Positions 48,366 through 61,260 of a stretch of DNA of 64,000 nt are shown here, in pieces. The notes under the pieces are model-generated. The model saw nothing but the letters and a program-made list of their open reading frames with translations, did not search any database and had not been told where the DNA came from. The stretch's first letter is position 1. Every line of letters starts with the position of its first letter. A program made the position numbers and the translations under genes. This stretch comes from Podarcis cretensis (lineage: Eukaryota): assembly GCA_951804945.1 (NCBI GenBank), contig OX638150.1, positions 44,702,001 through 44,766,000 on the forward strand, in the 5' to 3' direction.

Positions 48366-50349
48366 TTAATATGGCATTTATCTTTGGGCCTTTCCCCACC
48401 CCCCCTGTAGAACTGGCATTTCTCTGTCTTCCTCCCTCCCTTTCCTAACCACACTGTAATACTCCTTACTGTTCAGGCAAGTCTTGGCATCCTTCAGGGC
48501 TTTATGTTGACAAGGAAATCTGCCCAAATCCACAAATGGAGTGTCTAGAGTGGGACTTTCTGGCAGGGATTTCCTTGTACGCAAGGGAGATGAAACTTGC
48601 ACAGCATGCCTTATTCAGCCTTGCAAATTCTAGTCAACTAAAATTATTAATCCGTAACATTATTTTTTTTACTTGCCCACCTGACCAGAGAGTTACTGGA
48701 TTAGTGATTTGTGGTGTAAAAGAAACAAGTGCTGTAAACATCCCTTGCTAGTTGTCTGGAAGCGTTTTTTACCGCAAGCAACCAGGTGAATGAGTATTTA
48801 CAAGCGAGCACAGAATCGTATTATTACTGCCCCTCCTCAGACATTCTCACACACCTTCTGTGCATGTTCACTTGCGCACACACTTTTGCTCTCATCTTTC
48901 TTCAGACACCATGTAAACAAACATGCTTTGTGACAGCTCTGAGGATGCTCATGTTTTATAGCATGTTATAGACAGTACATACACAGATGCACTTTCCCAC
49001 ATACTACCCAAAGACAAGACCTTCCACATTCTGCATCAGTTGCTTGCAATGCACCACCACTCTCTGCACATTTGCAGAACATAAAAGCAACGCTGTTTTC
49101 AGCCAAACGTGCACTGTGCGCTAAACATACGCTGTGCCATTCTTTACACCGAGTGTTCCTCACCCCCCACAAACATACCCACAGGCTGTAGTTAGTATAC
49201 CCCTACATACTCCCACCTACCCTCTGCAGGCTTTGACAATTCACCCTATCACAAACCCCACACCACGTATATCACCCTCTCTGTGCACATATACACACAC
49301 CCTGTCTCTGGCGTGCGGTTCCTTGGCAGCTGTTCTGCTCTAGGCACGTCCTAGTTGGAGAAGCCGCCCACACTTAAAAACAGATGATTTCACAGAAAAG
49401 CAAACAGGGGAGGCACAACAGGGGAGGAAGAATATTTAGGAATGGGAGTCAGAGGTCAGGAAAAGGGTCCTTAGTTGTCATTGTTTAGCTACTTTGGCTG
49501 CTTTGAAGCAATCTCTCTGGTTGTGGGGAATGGGAAAACAAGAGAAGAGGTTGGGTGTCTTAGACTATATTTATATAGCAATTCATTGCTAAGAACTGGT
49601 GTACAATTGCCTCTGAAGTGTGGTGCATTACCCATTCGGACAGAACGGAACAACACCCAGCTCTGGAACAGGAAGTGATTAATTCCATGAAGAGCAGCCA
49701 GGGAATTTTAGGGAGCAGGAAGAGCAGAAACGGCTGGCTGGGCAATGAGCCAGAATTCTGTGGCTTGTACCCCAACTCCCAGCCAATGTGTTTGGCCTTG
49801 GGGAGTTACATGACTTTGAGAACCAGGATACTCCACTGCCTTTGTGCCACAATAGGATGCTAGGGTGAGGGCTGGTTCTAAGTGGACATAGGCACCCACA
49901 GCCCAAGATCCCCCCAAATCCACTCTCTTTTCTGTTCCCACTGCTTGAGCCTCAGAAGTCTGCAGCCAGCCCTGGCTCCTTACAAAACTGCCTCTCAAGC
50001 ATCCCTCCCTCTCTCCCAACCAACTCAAGGCGTCATCTGTTCCGTCTGGTCTCTGCTTAGCGGTGGTATTCCAGCAGCTGGCAAAGCTGTAAACAGGCAG
50101 GTAGACAAGCCAACACCCCAGTGCTGAAGCCAAGTTGCTCCTACCTGGTCATTAACTCCCAGTTTGCTAATGACCTTTAATAGCTGCTAATTACAGCCTG
50201 GGCAAGGGAGGGACACAGCCAGGTGCCAGTGTCCAGATCAGAGAGATCCAGAGCATGTTTAGGGGCAAGGGATGCTGTAGGGCCAGAGAGGGTGGGAAGG
50301 GAAGACGCAGACCCAAAGGAGAAAGAGAGGTGGAGAATGTGTGAGTTGG

Positions 50350-50503
50350 GGAAGGGCTGTACCTCACTGGTAGAAGGTCCCAGTTTCAATCTTCAGGTAG
50401 GGCAGGGAGAAGTCCCTCTCTGAAGGCCTGGAAAGCTGCCTGTCAGCATAGTATTGAGCTGGATGGAGCAATGGTCTAACCTGGTATGAGGCAGCTTCCT
50501 ATC
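50350..50503 (+). mobile_element. tRNA-head squamate SINE (Squam2/SINE2-like)
   Basis: Shares its tail with 3797-3965. Confidence 0.55.
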
Positions 50504-50906
50504 TTTTTATATCCCTTGGTGGACTGACTTTGGAGGCAGCTGTCCCAGGAGGACACAGCTGAATGAACCTAGCACAGCGAGGCCTCTGCTTTAGTCTCCA
50601 GTTGGGATTTCCCAGCTGGCAGTGAGGGGCGGACAGAGTCAATTTGGGGCTGTCCCCAAGGTCAGAACAGGGAACTACATAAATGATCCAGCAATAAAGT
50701 CACCCACCCCATTTCTGGACCATTCGATGCCCCTGTTTAGGTTGGGATCTGCATAAGGCAGGATCTTGTAGTCTGAGATTAGCAGGTGTTGGGGGAAGGA
50801 GAAGAGGACTGAGGCAATGAGGCATGGACTACTTTCCCTTATTTTGAACAGGGTTGTTATTCTGTCAATCTGTCACACCCACTTTTGGAGCACATCAAGG
50901 ATGCAC

Positions 50907-51143
50907 TTTTATCTGTTTATTGCATTTATATCCCACTGCTTTTCCTCCCCCCGAGGAGCTGAAGGTGACGTACATGGTTCTCCCTTGCCTCATTTACACC
51001 TCACAACAATCCTGTGAGGTAGGTTAGGCTAAGAGGCAGGGGCTGACCCAAAGACCCCCACTGAGCTTCATGGCTGAGTGGGGATTTGTACCCTGGTCTC
51101 CCAAGTCTGAGTCCGACACTGGCTCTAACCACTATACTACACA
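50907..51143 (-). mobile_element. Squam3-like SINE
   Basis: Reverse complement of 47920-48147. Confidence 0.8.
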
Positions 51144-52235
51144 TGGGTGAGGATGAGATGGAGATGTCTTCCCGAATTGCTCCTTCCTTAGAGCCAAGAA
51201 ATCCATAACTGTTTGGCCGCTGTGAAGTGGGAGAGCATTCGCAGTGAAATTAGTTGCAGCCAAGAGACAGTAAAATATGTCTTTGGGCTGTCCAAAAAAC
51301 AAGAGTGCTTGGACTGAGATCAAAACTCTTCCACGCATCTCTCTCCACCTCCTCCTCCTCCTCCTCCCCCAGCAGATGTTCTCACCAGAGACCCCTCTCC
51401 CACCCTTGCCAATGCCCACTTCAGAGCAGCCACGGCTCTGACCCCGGCTAGCATACAGAGCCTTTCCCGGCAGGCAAGTGGCTGAGCCCAGGGCCCTGCT
51501 GGGAAGGGAAGTCTGCTCTCTGTGACTCATGCACTGGGCGAGGCAATCCCCCCTCCCTTCGTGACCGCAGCCACCACCAGGCTGTAGTCCAGATAGCAGC
51601 GGGGAGGAGGGAAGTGAAACACAGCACGCATGCACGCACGCACACACAAGAGAGCTCAACTCAATCCTTCCCTCCTTCTCTCTGTATACTTGGATGGCTC
51701 CCCTAGAATCCCCATGTGTTGCAGGCAGTGTGTTTGCCATAAGAGCTGTACACTACTTTCTAATGTGCACATACAAATGTTTGTTTAGTGCTGTGCGTGT
51801 GTGTGTGTGCATGTATACAGAGCATCTGGCCTTGAATGCATATGTGGTGTGTATGTGTTACAGAAGAGGAACGGCATACAAATCTGTTGTGTTTTATTTT
51901 TTTAATGCATCCTTTTTCTGTAACATGGCAAGTAGTGTGTGTGTTATTTCTGGCTGGGTTGCATATAGTGTGTCTCTGGGTGTACGCACACACACCTTGG
52001 GTTTGTGAATGGTGCTCTGTTACTGCAGCCCTATGTTTTGTGCTTGTGGACTTGGATCCCCAAGTTCTCAGGCTGTGTACTCGTGTATACATTTCTGAAA
52101 ACTGAGCAACCGCTTGGATTTATGAGTTTTGCTGTATGTAGTACCACAAACTTCTGTCCATTTTGCCCTGTACATCATTTAGGATAACTATTTCCATGGT
52201 TTTGTTAATTGCCTATGTGTTACCTCCAGTGCAAA

Positions 52236-52592
52236 GGGACGCGGGTGGCGCTGTGGGTAAAACCTCAGCGCCTAGGACTTGCCGATCGCATGGTCGGCGG
52301 TTCGAATCCCCGCGGCGGGGTGCGCTCCCGTCGCTCGGTCCCAGCGCCTGCCAACCTAGCAGTTCGAAAGCACCCCCGGGTGCAAGTAGATAAATAGGGA
52401 CCGCTTACTAGCGGGAAGGTAAACGGCATTCCATGTGCTGCGCTGGCTCACCAGATGCAGCTTGTCACGCTGGCCACGTGACCTGGAAGTGTCTGCGACA
52501 GCGCTGGCTCCCGGCCTATAGAGTGAGATGAGCGCACAACCCTAGAGTCTGGCAAGACTGGCCCGTACGGGCAGGGGTACCTTTACCTTTAC
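52236..52592 (+). mobile_element. Full-length Sauria SINE (young, CpG-rich)
   Basis: Near-identical to the 18517 copy; 13-bp TSD TACCTCCAGTGCA. Confidence 0.93.
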
Positions 52593-54979
52593 TACCTCCA
52601 GTGCAGTGTGTCACGTATGTTCTGTGACCGTGTGTCTTTCTGGGAAGTGTTGTTTTGTGTGGTTGTGCCTCTGTGGCTGTCGGGCTAAGTGCATCTGAGG
52701 CTTCGCTACAGGTAAAGGCAGGTGGTGTACCCAGTGACCTTGTTTCCTTCACCCCTTGCTGTGGCATGCGAAGGGAAGCAGTCAGGACTTGCAGTGGGAG
52801 GAGAACAGAGAGAGGAGCCCGGCTAGCACAGTTCCCCGTTCCCATGACAGCAAGGAGACCGTGAATTGGGACATATCCCCACACCCATTATGGCGCAAGT
52901 TTTGCTTATGTCACACACCATTGCCATGGTAGCAGCTGCTTCCTTTATTGTCTGGCAGATCCCGGGACCTTAACAATGAACTTCCTGTCATGGGAGGGAA
53001 GGAGCTTCCCAGCTGGGGGTGGAAAGGGCAGGGGCAAAGGTGACTGCTAGGACCTGAGGCCTTTCTACCTAGAGGGCTTTGGGTTCAGCCAGCCAGCTGC
53101 ATAAACCATGTACCAAACAAGATCCACTGCCAGCACAAAATCCACTCCCCAAATTATAGCCGTTTCCCACCCCCAATCACTTTTCTTCTGCCAATAACAC
53201 AACATGTACATGGCTTATCCTCAGTGTGGTGTTCCTTGTTGTTTTGGATAGCCCCAAAGTGTCTTTATAGGTTGCCTCCCTGCAGGGGGCAGGCCTGGTG
53301 CCAGTGTGGAGCTTGATATTCGAGAACATACCCCCCACTCCCAGCTTCCCTCTCTTAACTGGGCTTGGTCTAGCACAGCTGCTGGGAAAGGGAGCGGAGC
53401 TGAGCTGACGCAGGGATAGTGTGTGGGGAGCAGCTCCCAGCCCTTGGAGTGCAGCCCAGTTTGAGTTAACCCTTCCCTGAGCACCAATGCAGGATGTGCC
53501 AATCTGTGGGGGAGGCAGCACTTGCTTCCAGCTCTGTGGGCAAATGGCAGTGATTCACCACGGGATCCACCCAACCACCGTCCAGGATCCCCAGCTGTGT
53601 GCCATCGCAATGGGGAGCAAGGAGTAAGCCACCAAGGGGACAAAAGAATGGGGCAAAGGCAAGTAAATAGAAACTGAATGAGAAGCATAGTATGTTACTG
53701 GCACTTCCTAAAGAGAGAATGCTTCCACATCTCTTTGCTTACTTACTAGGCACATATTTGACATGGATCTAAGATGATTTAGAGGGGAAAGAGGTGTTCT
53801 ATCCAGTTTTCAAGCCCTCATGTACCACCTTCTCCCACATCAGCCAGCTCTTCTAGCTGTGGTCTAGAATTGAATCAATATGTATACAGGGCACTTCCAA
53901 GTTGTTGCTGTTTTCAGGTGGGATTTGATCACATTCTGGTAATTATTCAGGTTGAGTAATTATAGTTGATTGAGCAGGGGGTTATCTTGCGCAACTCACC
54001 CACTTTTTTGTGATAAAGAAAGTAGTGGGGAAATGCACTTGGAAGTGTAGGATGACACTTGCTTTGATGCAACATCATCTAACCTCCCTATGAACAAATC
54101 AGAACGAATGCTCCTTAAATCAGGTCTGGGGAACCATTGACCTCCAGATGTTGCTGAACTACAACTCCCATCAGCATTAGCAAGCATAGCCAATGACCCT
54201 AATTGATGGGGCTTGTAGTTCAGCAACTAAGGGCCTGTTTATGCACAGCTATTGTTCATGTGTTGCACAAGATCCAGGCATAAATGGCATTTCAACAAAA
54301 GGAAATGCTTCAGACCAGTAGTTTCCTAACAGTTCACACATGCAAGACAAACCTATCCACACAGAGATTTTCCTCGCTCCCCCAGTATTTTTATTTTTAT
54401 TATTTTAATTTAGTGCTGCCATAAGCCATATCTATTATCTCTCAAAGTAGCATTTCTGTTGCAGGAGCATGATTTTCCCAGCAGTCAACCTGCAATATTT
54501 TGCCACTTGGGAAATATTATTCCAGCCCACCCATTGTGATTGTAAGTGGTATGTGGGATATCATTAAGTGTGGCAGGCACCAAATGGATCGTGCCTGAAT
54601 CTTTACAAAATTGTCTGTTTTTTTCTTCGCTGTACCACTAAAGAATAGAGCATGCATGTGAACCGAGGTTTTAAAATAAAATACTAGCAAGGATTCCCTG
54701 TCATAGCCCTGTCATTTCATGAATGTTTTTATTTAGTGCTTGGAAGTTTGTGGACTTTATTTTCAGCCCCAGAGCATGAATGTCCCCTGTTTTTCTTTAA
54801 CATCACAAACAGGAATATGACTGCCTTCGCTGCTACAGGTATCCCCTCCTTTCTCTTAGGTAGGAGCAGTATTGTGATACTGACGCCTAATGCATGCTAG
54901 TGCAAATATAACACTAGTGCTAAAATCCTGTGCCCAATTACCTGAGAGTAAGTCTGCTCAGTGGGAGGAAACTGATTTC

Positions 54980-56340
54980 TTGGTTCCATATCTGCCCCAG
55001 GTTTGGTACAAAAACTATTTTGGTTGACATGTATCGGGGAAGAGAGGGAGCATGGCCCTGTCGGTTTTCCTTGATGTCTCAGCAGCTTTCAGTTTCATTG
55101 GCCATATAGTGGCTTTCTGGGGTAACTGTCTGAATTGGGAGTTGATGGGTACTGTGGTGCTTGGGGGATATAGCTCAGTTCTGTGGATGGTCCTGTATAG
55201 AGTTTCTCAGGTGTTCTCTCCCATGTGTTTAACATGAAGCCACTGGGTATGGTCATTCCGAGCTCTGTAGCACATTATCACCAGTACACTGAGAACGTGC
55301 AGTTCTGAAGTCTCCTTTTCATCTTTGGCTGGTGAGGTGGCGAATCTGCTGAACTGGTGTTTGGTCATAGCAATAGACTGGAGGAAGGTCAATAAACCTA
55401 AGCTCAGTCCAGACATGACCAAAATGCTATTAGTGGGTGGTTCCTCTGAGCAAAGGAACCGTCTCTAGCCTGTTCTAGATGGGGTCATACTTCAGGCTTC
55501 TCCTGGATCTGTTACTGTCACTTGAGGCACACCGAGGTGGCCTCAGTTGTGCAGAATGCTCCCCCCCCCCCCCAGCTTCAGCTGGTAGCTTAGCTATACC
55601 CTTTTCTGGCTAGGAACAATTTGACTTTAGGAACCTACAGATTAGAGAAAAGGCCTGTACATGAAGGTGCCTCTGAAGATGGTTCGGAAACTGCAGCATA
55701 TGCAGAATGCCCAGGTCATATCGCTGTCTGAGAGTCGGCAGTTTGGGGTAGCACCTGTCTTAGTACAACTGCAGTGGCTGCCTATACAGTCATACCTCGG
55801 GTTAAATATGCTTCAGGTTGAGCGTTTTCAAGTTACGCTCTGCGGCGACCTGGAAGTAACAGAGCACGTTACTTCTGGGTTTCACTGCTCACGCATGCGC
55901 AGATGCTAAAAATGATGTCACGCGCATGTGCGGAAGCGGCAAAATGCGACCCGCGCAGTCGCGTGTTGCTTTCTACTCCAGAACGGGCTCCAGAATGGAT
56001 CTCGTTCGCATCCAGAGGTACCACTGTATACAATTTTGAGCTGTATAAAGTTTTATAGGTTTAAACTAGCACTTTATAGGTTTAAAGTGCTAGTTTAAAC
56101 TTATAAAACTTTATACAGTTTGAGACCTCAATACCTAAAAGAACGCTTCTCCTGGCATGAAACTACCCAGGCCCTTAGGTAATCATCCATGGCCTTTCTC
56201 CTTACGCCTCCCTCCAAAAGAGATTTGGCAGGTGGCAACAAGGCAGGTAGTTGTGCCCCCCACCCCAATCTATGGAATGCTCTTCCCAGAAAGGCCCCCC
56301 TCAGCACAAACACTTATGATTACTGTATTCTTTTTGCGAC
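54980..56340 (+). mobile_element. Degraded L2-like LINE, interrupted by a MITE
   Basis: LDVSAAF RT motif, aataaacctaagctcagtccagac, LQWLPI motif. Confidence 0.7.
55787..56026. mobile_element. Tc1/mariner-type MITE nested in a LINE
   Basis: TA|cagtcatacctcggg...agaggtaccactg|TA. Confidence 0.8.
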
Positions 56341-57684
56341 TGGCTTTCTTCTTCTCCTCAGCATGTGATAGAATACGATGAGACAGTTGCCTTGGCTTAT
56401 TTGTTGGGCATGTCCTGAGTTGTTGATAATCTTTTTGTTTTTGGAGGTCGGTGTGCTTTTTAACGTTGCTTCATATTTCTGATAAGTCACCAAGAATTAG
56501 ACAACTAACAAATTAATTAAATTAATGATGAAGTAATCTCCTAGGCCCATGAGTCTGAGAATGATCAGATGGCGCCACCTACAAACACCCCTCCAATGAT
56601 GCTCAAATCAGCTAAGGGCTTTTTCACGTTACCAAATTCATACTAAGGCTTATTCCTGTATAGACATTTCTACTATGCTGTTCTAAAGCAACTGTTAATC
56701 AAGGAAGCATGCAACAATTAAAACCAACAAATCATCATAAAATATTGTTATTTTAAAAATGCAAGGTGGACAAGCATGGCAGTTTGTTGGGTGGTCGTCC
56801 AATCAGGGGACAAGAGAGATAAAGAAACAAAAAACATCCTGAGAGAATTTTTTGCTTTTAGACCCCTTGCCTAAAAACTAAGGGCCAAGACTAGCTTATT
56901 TTCCTCTTGGAAAATAAACTTCCATCTGGGGTTTATCAGATCCTGTCATAACAGGTCTTGGGAAAGCCTTAAAGACCTATTTGTTCTCTTTGGCTTTCTT
57001 TTGAGCTGTTGCTGTATTGGAGGGCTGGTGGCTGGATAGTTGGTTTATTACAATTACTGGTTTTATTAATGAACTGAGCAGGTTTCTGTACCTTCTCTTC
57101 TGTAAACAACATTGGGAGGGTTTCACTCACACTCCTCAAAATATTTTAAATAATTGAAAATGAATTTCAACAGATTTTGTCCTGAAGCTGCAAAAAACAC
57201 ACTAGGCTCTGCCTCAGCACTCACCCAAAGATGCTGCACCCTGCCCTGCCCTGCCTCATGTATTCAGTCCTGGAATCATTATGGAGTTCTGGATGCCAGA
57301 TTTTTAAAAAATATTATTTCAAGAGGTGGCAAACCAGATTCCTACACATAAGCGAAGAAAGGTGAACTCCGCATGTAGACAGTCATCTGAGAGGATCTTA
57401 AAGCATGTACTCTGCTGCACACCTTCTGTGCAGGAATTTGGAAACCTGTGATGTTGCCTTACACGGAAAATAGCAACAGTTGTGTGTTTTTGCAAATGCA
57501 GAGGCTGTTGTAGGGGGCAGGCCTTGTGTGTGTGATCCTACTCTTTCCTTGTGTATTCCAAACAAGAGGCTAGAAAGAGGAAGCCACAAGGCCCCCAGAA
57601 TCCTCTTCAGTTTCCCAGCTGAATGTTATTTTTATTATTTATTAATTCATGAATCATGTTTTTAATGCCTGTCAAAGTGATTTA

Positions 57685-57687
<3 letters not shown>

Positions 57688-57720
<33 letters not shown>
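57688..57720. repeat. (AC)n microsatellite
   Basis: Read directly from the sequence. Confidence 0.95.
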
Positions 57721-57722
<2 letters not shown>

Positions 57723-57930
57723 CTAGAAATAGTTTTAAAAACAGTACACACAGTACACCTACACCCCGGATATAGGTGTAAAAACAATGCAAAATGAACA
57801 TCTAAGGCAGAGACTTTTTCGCCCAGCTGGAAAAGCAAACAGCAGCATATTTGTTTGCCGTTGGGTGCATGGGTAGTGGAAAGCCACAGGCAATCCTGTG
57901 CATGTGCCTGTGTAATACATGCATTTGTCA

Positions 57931-58071
57931 TAGAATCCTAGAGTTGTAGAGCGGGAAGAGACCGCAAGGGTCATCTAGTTCAACTTCCTGCAATGCAGGA
58001 ATCTTTTGCCCAATGTGGGACTTGAACCCACAGCCCTGAAATTAAGAGTCTCATGTTCTACCAGCCGAGCT
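57931..58071 (-). mobile_element. tRNA-Lys(CTT)-derived SINE with CR1-type tail
   Basis: Same structure as the 31110 copy; 8-bp flanking direct repeat ATTTGTCA. Confidence 0.8.
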
Positions 58072-59068
58072 ATTTGTCACACGCATGCAAACTCTGTGTC
58101 TTTACATGTACATGGAAGAAACATAATGTGCGAAGCGGCCCAAACAGGAAGACACAATTGAGAATGGATGTAGCAGCGACAGGGAATGAGAGGCATAACT
58201 TTTTGGATAGCATGGGGTGGGTGTGGGGAGTGGGGAATGGGGAAGCTTCCCACTGAGTTGATCCAACTTCTTGTGCCCTATCCAGCTCCATCTGGCTCGG
58301 TCTGCACCTCCCTGCAGGGCCCCCTCCCCGCCCTTTGCAGCTGTGTCGCCTCCGGCTTGGAGCCATTTGGATTTTGCAAACTAAGCAAGGTCAGGCCAGG
58401 AGAAAATGTGGAAGCGACAGCCCTGGGGGAAAACTAGGGTGCTGCAAGGGCACTCCCTTCAGCGTCAAAGCCTCCATCGCCGTGCTGTTCTAGTGCCAGG
58501 AAGCACTGTAATTATTGGGGTCACGAGGCTATGCCTTTTGTAATAGCTGGCTCAATCAAAGCTTTCCCTTTTGCAAGCAGTGCGCCCCCAGTTGACTTAA
58601 GGCGGCAGCAGGGTGTAGCGCTCTGGCGAGAGGTGCCTGCTCCAGACAGCACTGAAATGCAGGCATTCGCAGCCATTCAGTTTGAGTAATTCCAGCCACC
58701 TCCTTCACTTCCTCTCCTAAATTGCCCAGCAGGATTGTTGTGTGGCAATTAGAGAGCAAGCTGCTCTCCGCCCCAGAGGCAGCTGCATCACAGAGATCCC
58801 TTTATAAACAGCTGCTCATGCCCTAGAGAGAACTGTAAACTCAGCTCTGGGCAAGGAAGGCATCAGTGTTTAACTCAGTAAAGCTCTTTAATGTCTTCTG
58901 GTGGAAATGATACCGGACATTGTTGCCTGGTTCCTGCTTGCACACACAGAACTTCACTCTGTCCTCTCTGGGGCAAGCCAGAATTGTCCTAAATTATTTT
59001 CTTTTCATCTCATACCTATCCCCAGTCTCTGTTTTCGTCTCTTTGGAGATTATTGCCAACCATCGTCT

Positions 59069-59255
59069 CTATTATTATTATTATTATTATTATTATACCC
59101 CGCCCATCTGTCTGGGTTGCCCTAGCCACTCTGAGTGGCTACATAATAAAACATCAAACATTAAAAACTTCCCAATACAGTGCTTCCCAATACAGATCTC
59201 TTCTTAAAGTTGTATAGTTCTTTATCTCCTTGACATCTGATGGGAGGGAGTTCAG
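59069..59255 (-). mobile_element. LINE 3'-end fragment with (ATT)n tail
   Basis: (att)n followed by ataccccgcccatctg..agccactctg..aaacatcaaacattaaaaacttccc. Confidence 0.6.
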
Positions 59256-59571
59256 TATCCTCAAGGATTTCATTGCACACAGATCTGGAAAGGTGGGTTT
59301 TACCATCCGTTTCCCACAGAATAGTGTAGGAATCAATGGGAACCAGGTTTTCTTGTCTTGGACAAAAGGGGTCCAGACCTGAATCATAGTGCTGGTAGGC
59401 GTCCTTCAGACACACTAATTCTCTCCTCCACCCATTCCTCATTCTCCTATTAGGGTCCTTGGGGACTCTCCTTCCCATGTACATTGGTAACATTTTTGTG
59501 TTATGCCATGCCAAGAAAGGGCGTTCTCACATTCTATAATTCAATTGTAATATATTCAGGCCAGCTGGAGC

Positions 59572-59783
59572 CAGGGATGAGGAACCATTTCAGCCCAGGG
59601 GCTACATTCCTGTATGGGCAAACTTCCAGAGACCACATGCCAGTGGCGGGCTGTGCCAGAAGCAAAAGAGGGCAGCGGGGGACATATGACCTGGGTAGAG
59701 GGGTGTGTGGCCTGGGGAAAGTCCTGAAGGCTAGAAAGAGAGTCCTGGAGAGCTGCAGTTGGACCCCGTGAGCCCCACCCCTG
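59572..59783. mobile_element. hAT-like non-autonomous element
   Basis: CAGGG...CCCTG ends flanked by the direct repeat (A)GCTGGAGC. Confidence 0.65.
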
Positions 59784-60289
59784 AGCTGGAGCATTCATTT
59801 AGTTTTAAAACATCTCACTTCCACTTTCTCTCTTGTACCAACAGCATCCACACATGCTCACAAAAAAAGTGGCTCAAATGTGCTTCGTCATGTCAAAGCG
59901 CAGAGTATCTTTAGATTGAATCAGAAAAGTATTTGGCCGCTTGTGCTTATTCAGGAATAGGACCTAGAGTGTGAAATCCCTTGAACTCCATTTCTGGGGT
60001 TGAGATCTGATTCCTAGAGCAGGAGGAAGCAGGGAGAACCAGAATGTCTGGGTTCTGTATGTCCTGTTCGGGAAAGGAAGGCGTTCTGGGTTTCCTAACT
60101 CTGTCAGTGACTCAGGCCGAAATCCAGTTATTCTAGACCATCCAGTTGCTTTTAATAGGGCCACTCCAGAATAAACGGTCTGTGGAATGAAACTTCAGTG
60201 TATTCTTCTCTTTGCTCTGTGTGCCCTGAGCCAGAATCAGTATCCTGTAGGAAAGTATAGATGAACAATGACTCCATGGTTCAAGATTA

Positions 60290-61260
60290 TTGGCAGTGTG
60301 AGACCAGCCATGTGCTCACTTGATTCTTGTCCATTTAGGCTGATTAAAGCAGCCAGGGGAATGGGTGAGGAGAATGGTAAATGCCTCCTTAGAGAAAGAC
60401 ATAGTTCTATCTAACCTTAGGATCACTGTGAAAAGACTACAACTGAAAAAACAAACACATTCTTTAGATCCCTCTGTATTGGATGACTACCCACCAGTCT
60501 CAGATTTGCACCTCAGTTTTGGTAAGGGGTTGTTTGTTTTTGATGAAATTGATTATTTAGACCCCTTTCTATCCGATTTCAGGCCTGGTTTGGGGACTGA
60601 GACAGCTTTGGTTGCATTGGTAGGCAATATTTGTCAAGAATTTGACAGGCAGAGTATGTCCCCATTGGATCTGCTGGACCTCTCAGTGATGTTCATCTCC
60701 ATGACCATAATATCCTTCTGCAATGACTGATGAAGTCTTGAGTTTAGGAGGAAGCATTTTGCAGCAGTTCCACTCCTTCCTTGAAAGTCAGTTCGAAAAG
60801 GTAGAGTTGGAGGACTTGGTGCCTTGGCCACTGGGTTATGGTGACATGCAGGGTTAGATCTTGTCCTCCTGATTATATAAATCTACATGAAGCCACTGAT
60901 AGAGATCATACATGAATTCAGGGTGCACTGCTACCAATATTTAGATTACTTCCAACCTCACTTCTCCTTTTCATCTAACAAAATGAATGCTGTTGATGTT
61001 CTAAAATCAGTGAGTGGATGAGGGCTTTCAGTAACTGAAGCTTAACTCAGACAAGACAGTGGTGCTCCTAGTTAGAAAGGAGATGAATTCTGGAATAGGA
61101 ATTCAAAGTGTTTTGAAGTGGCAGCTGCGGCCAGAAGTGCCTTTGGTCAGCTGAGGCTGCTGTGCCAGTTGCATCCTGAGGTCAGACCTGGCTACAGCAG
61201 CACATGCCTTAGTCACATCTAGGTAGGATTATTGAAGCACACTTTATGTGAGGCTGAGTG
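60290..61260 (+). mobile_element. Degraded L2-like LINE RT fragment
   Basis: LDPSVLDDYPPVS...YLDPFLSDFRPGLGTETALVAL...LLDLS, LINE RT motifs. Confidence 0.85.
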
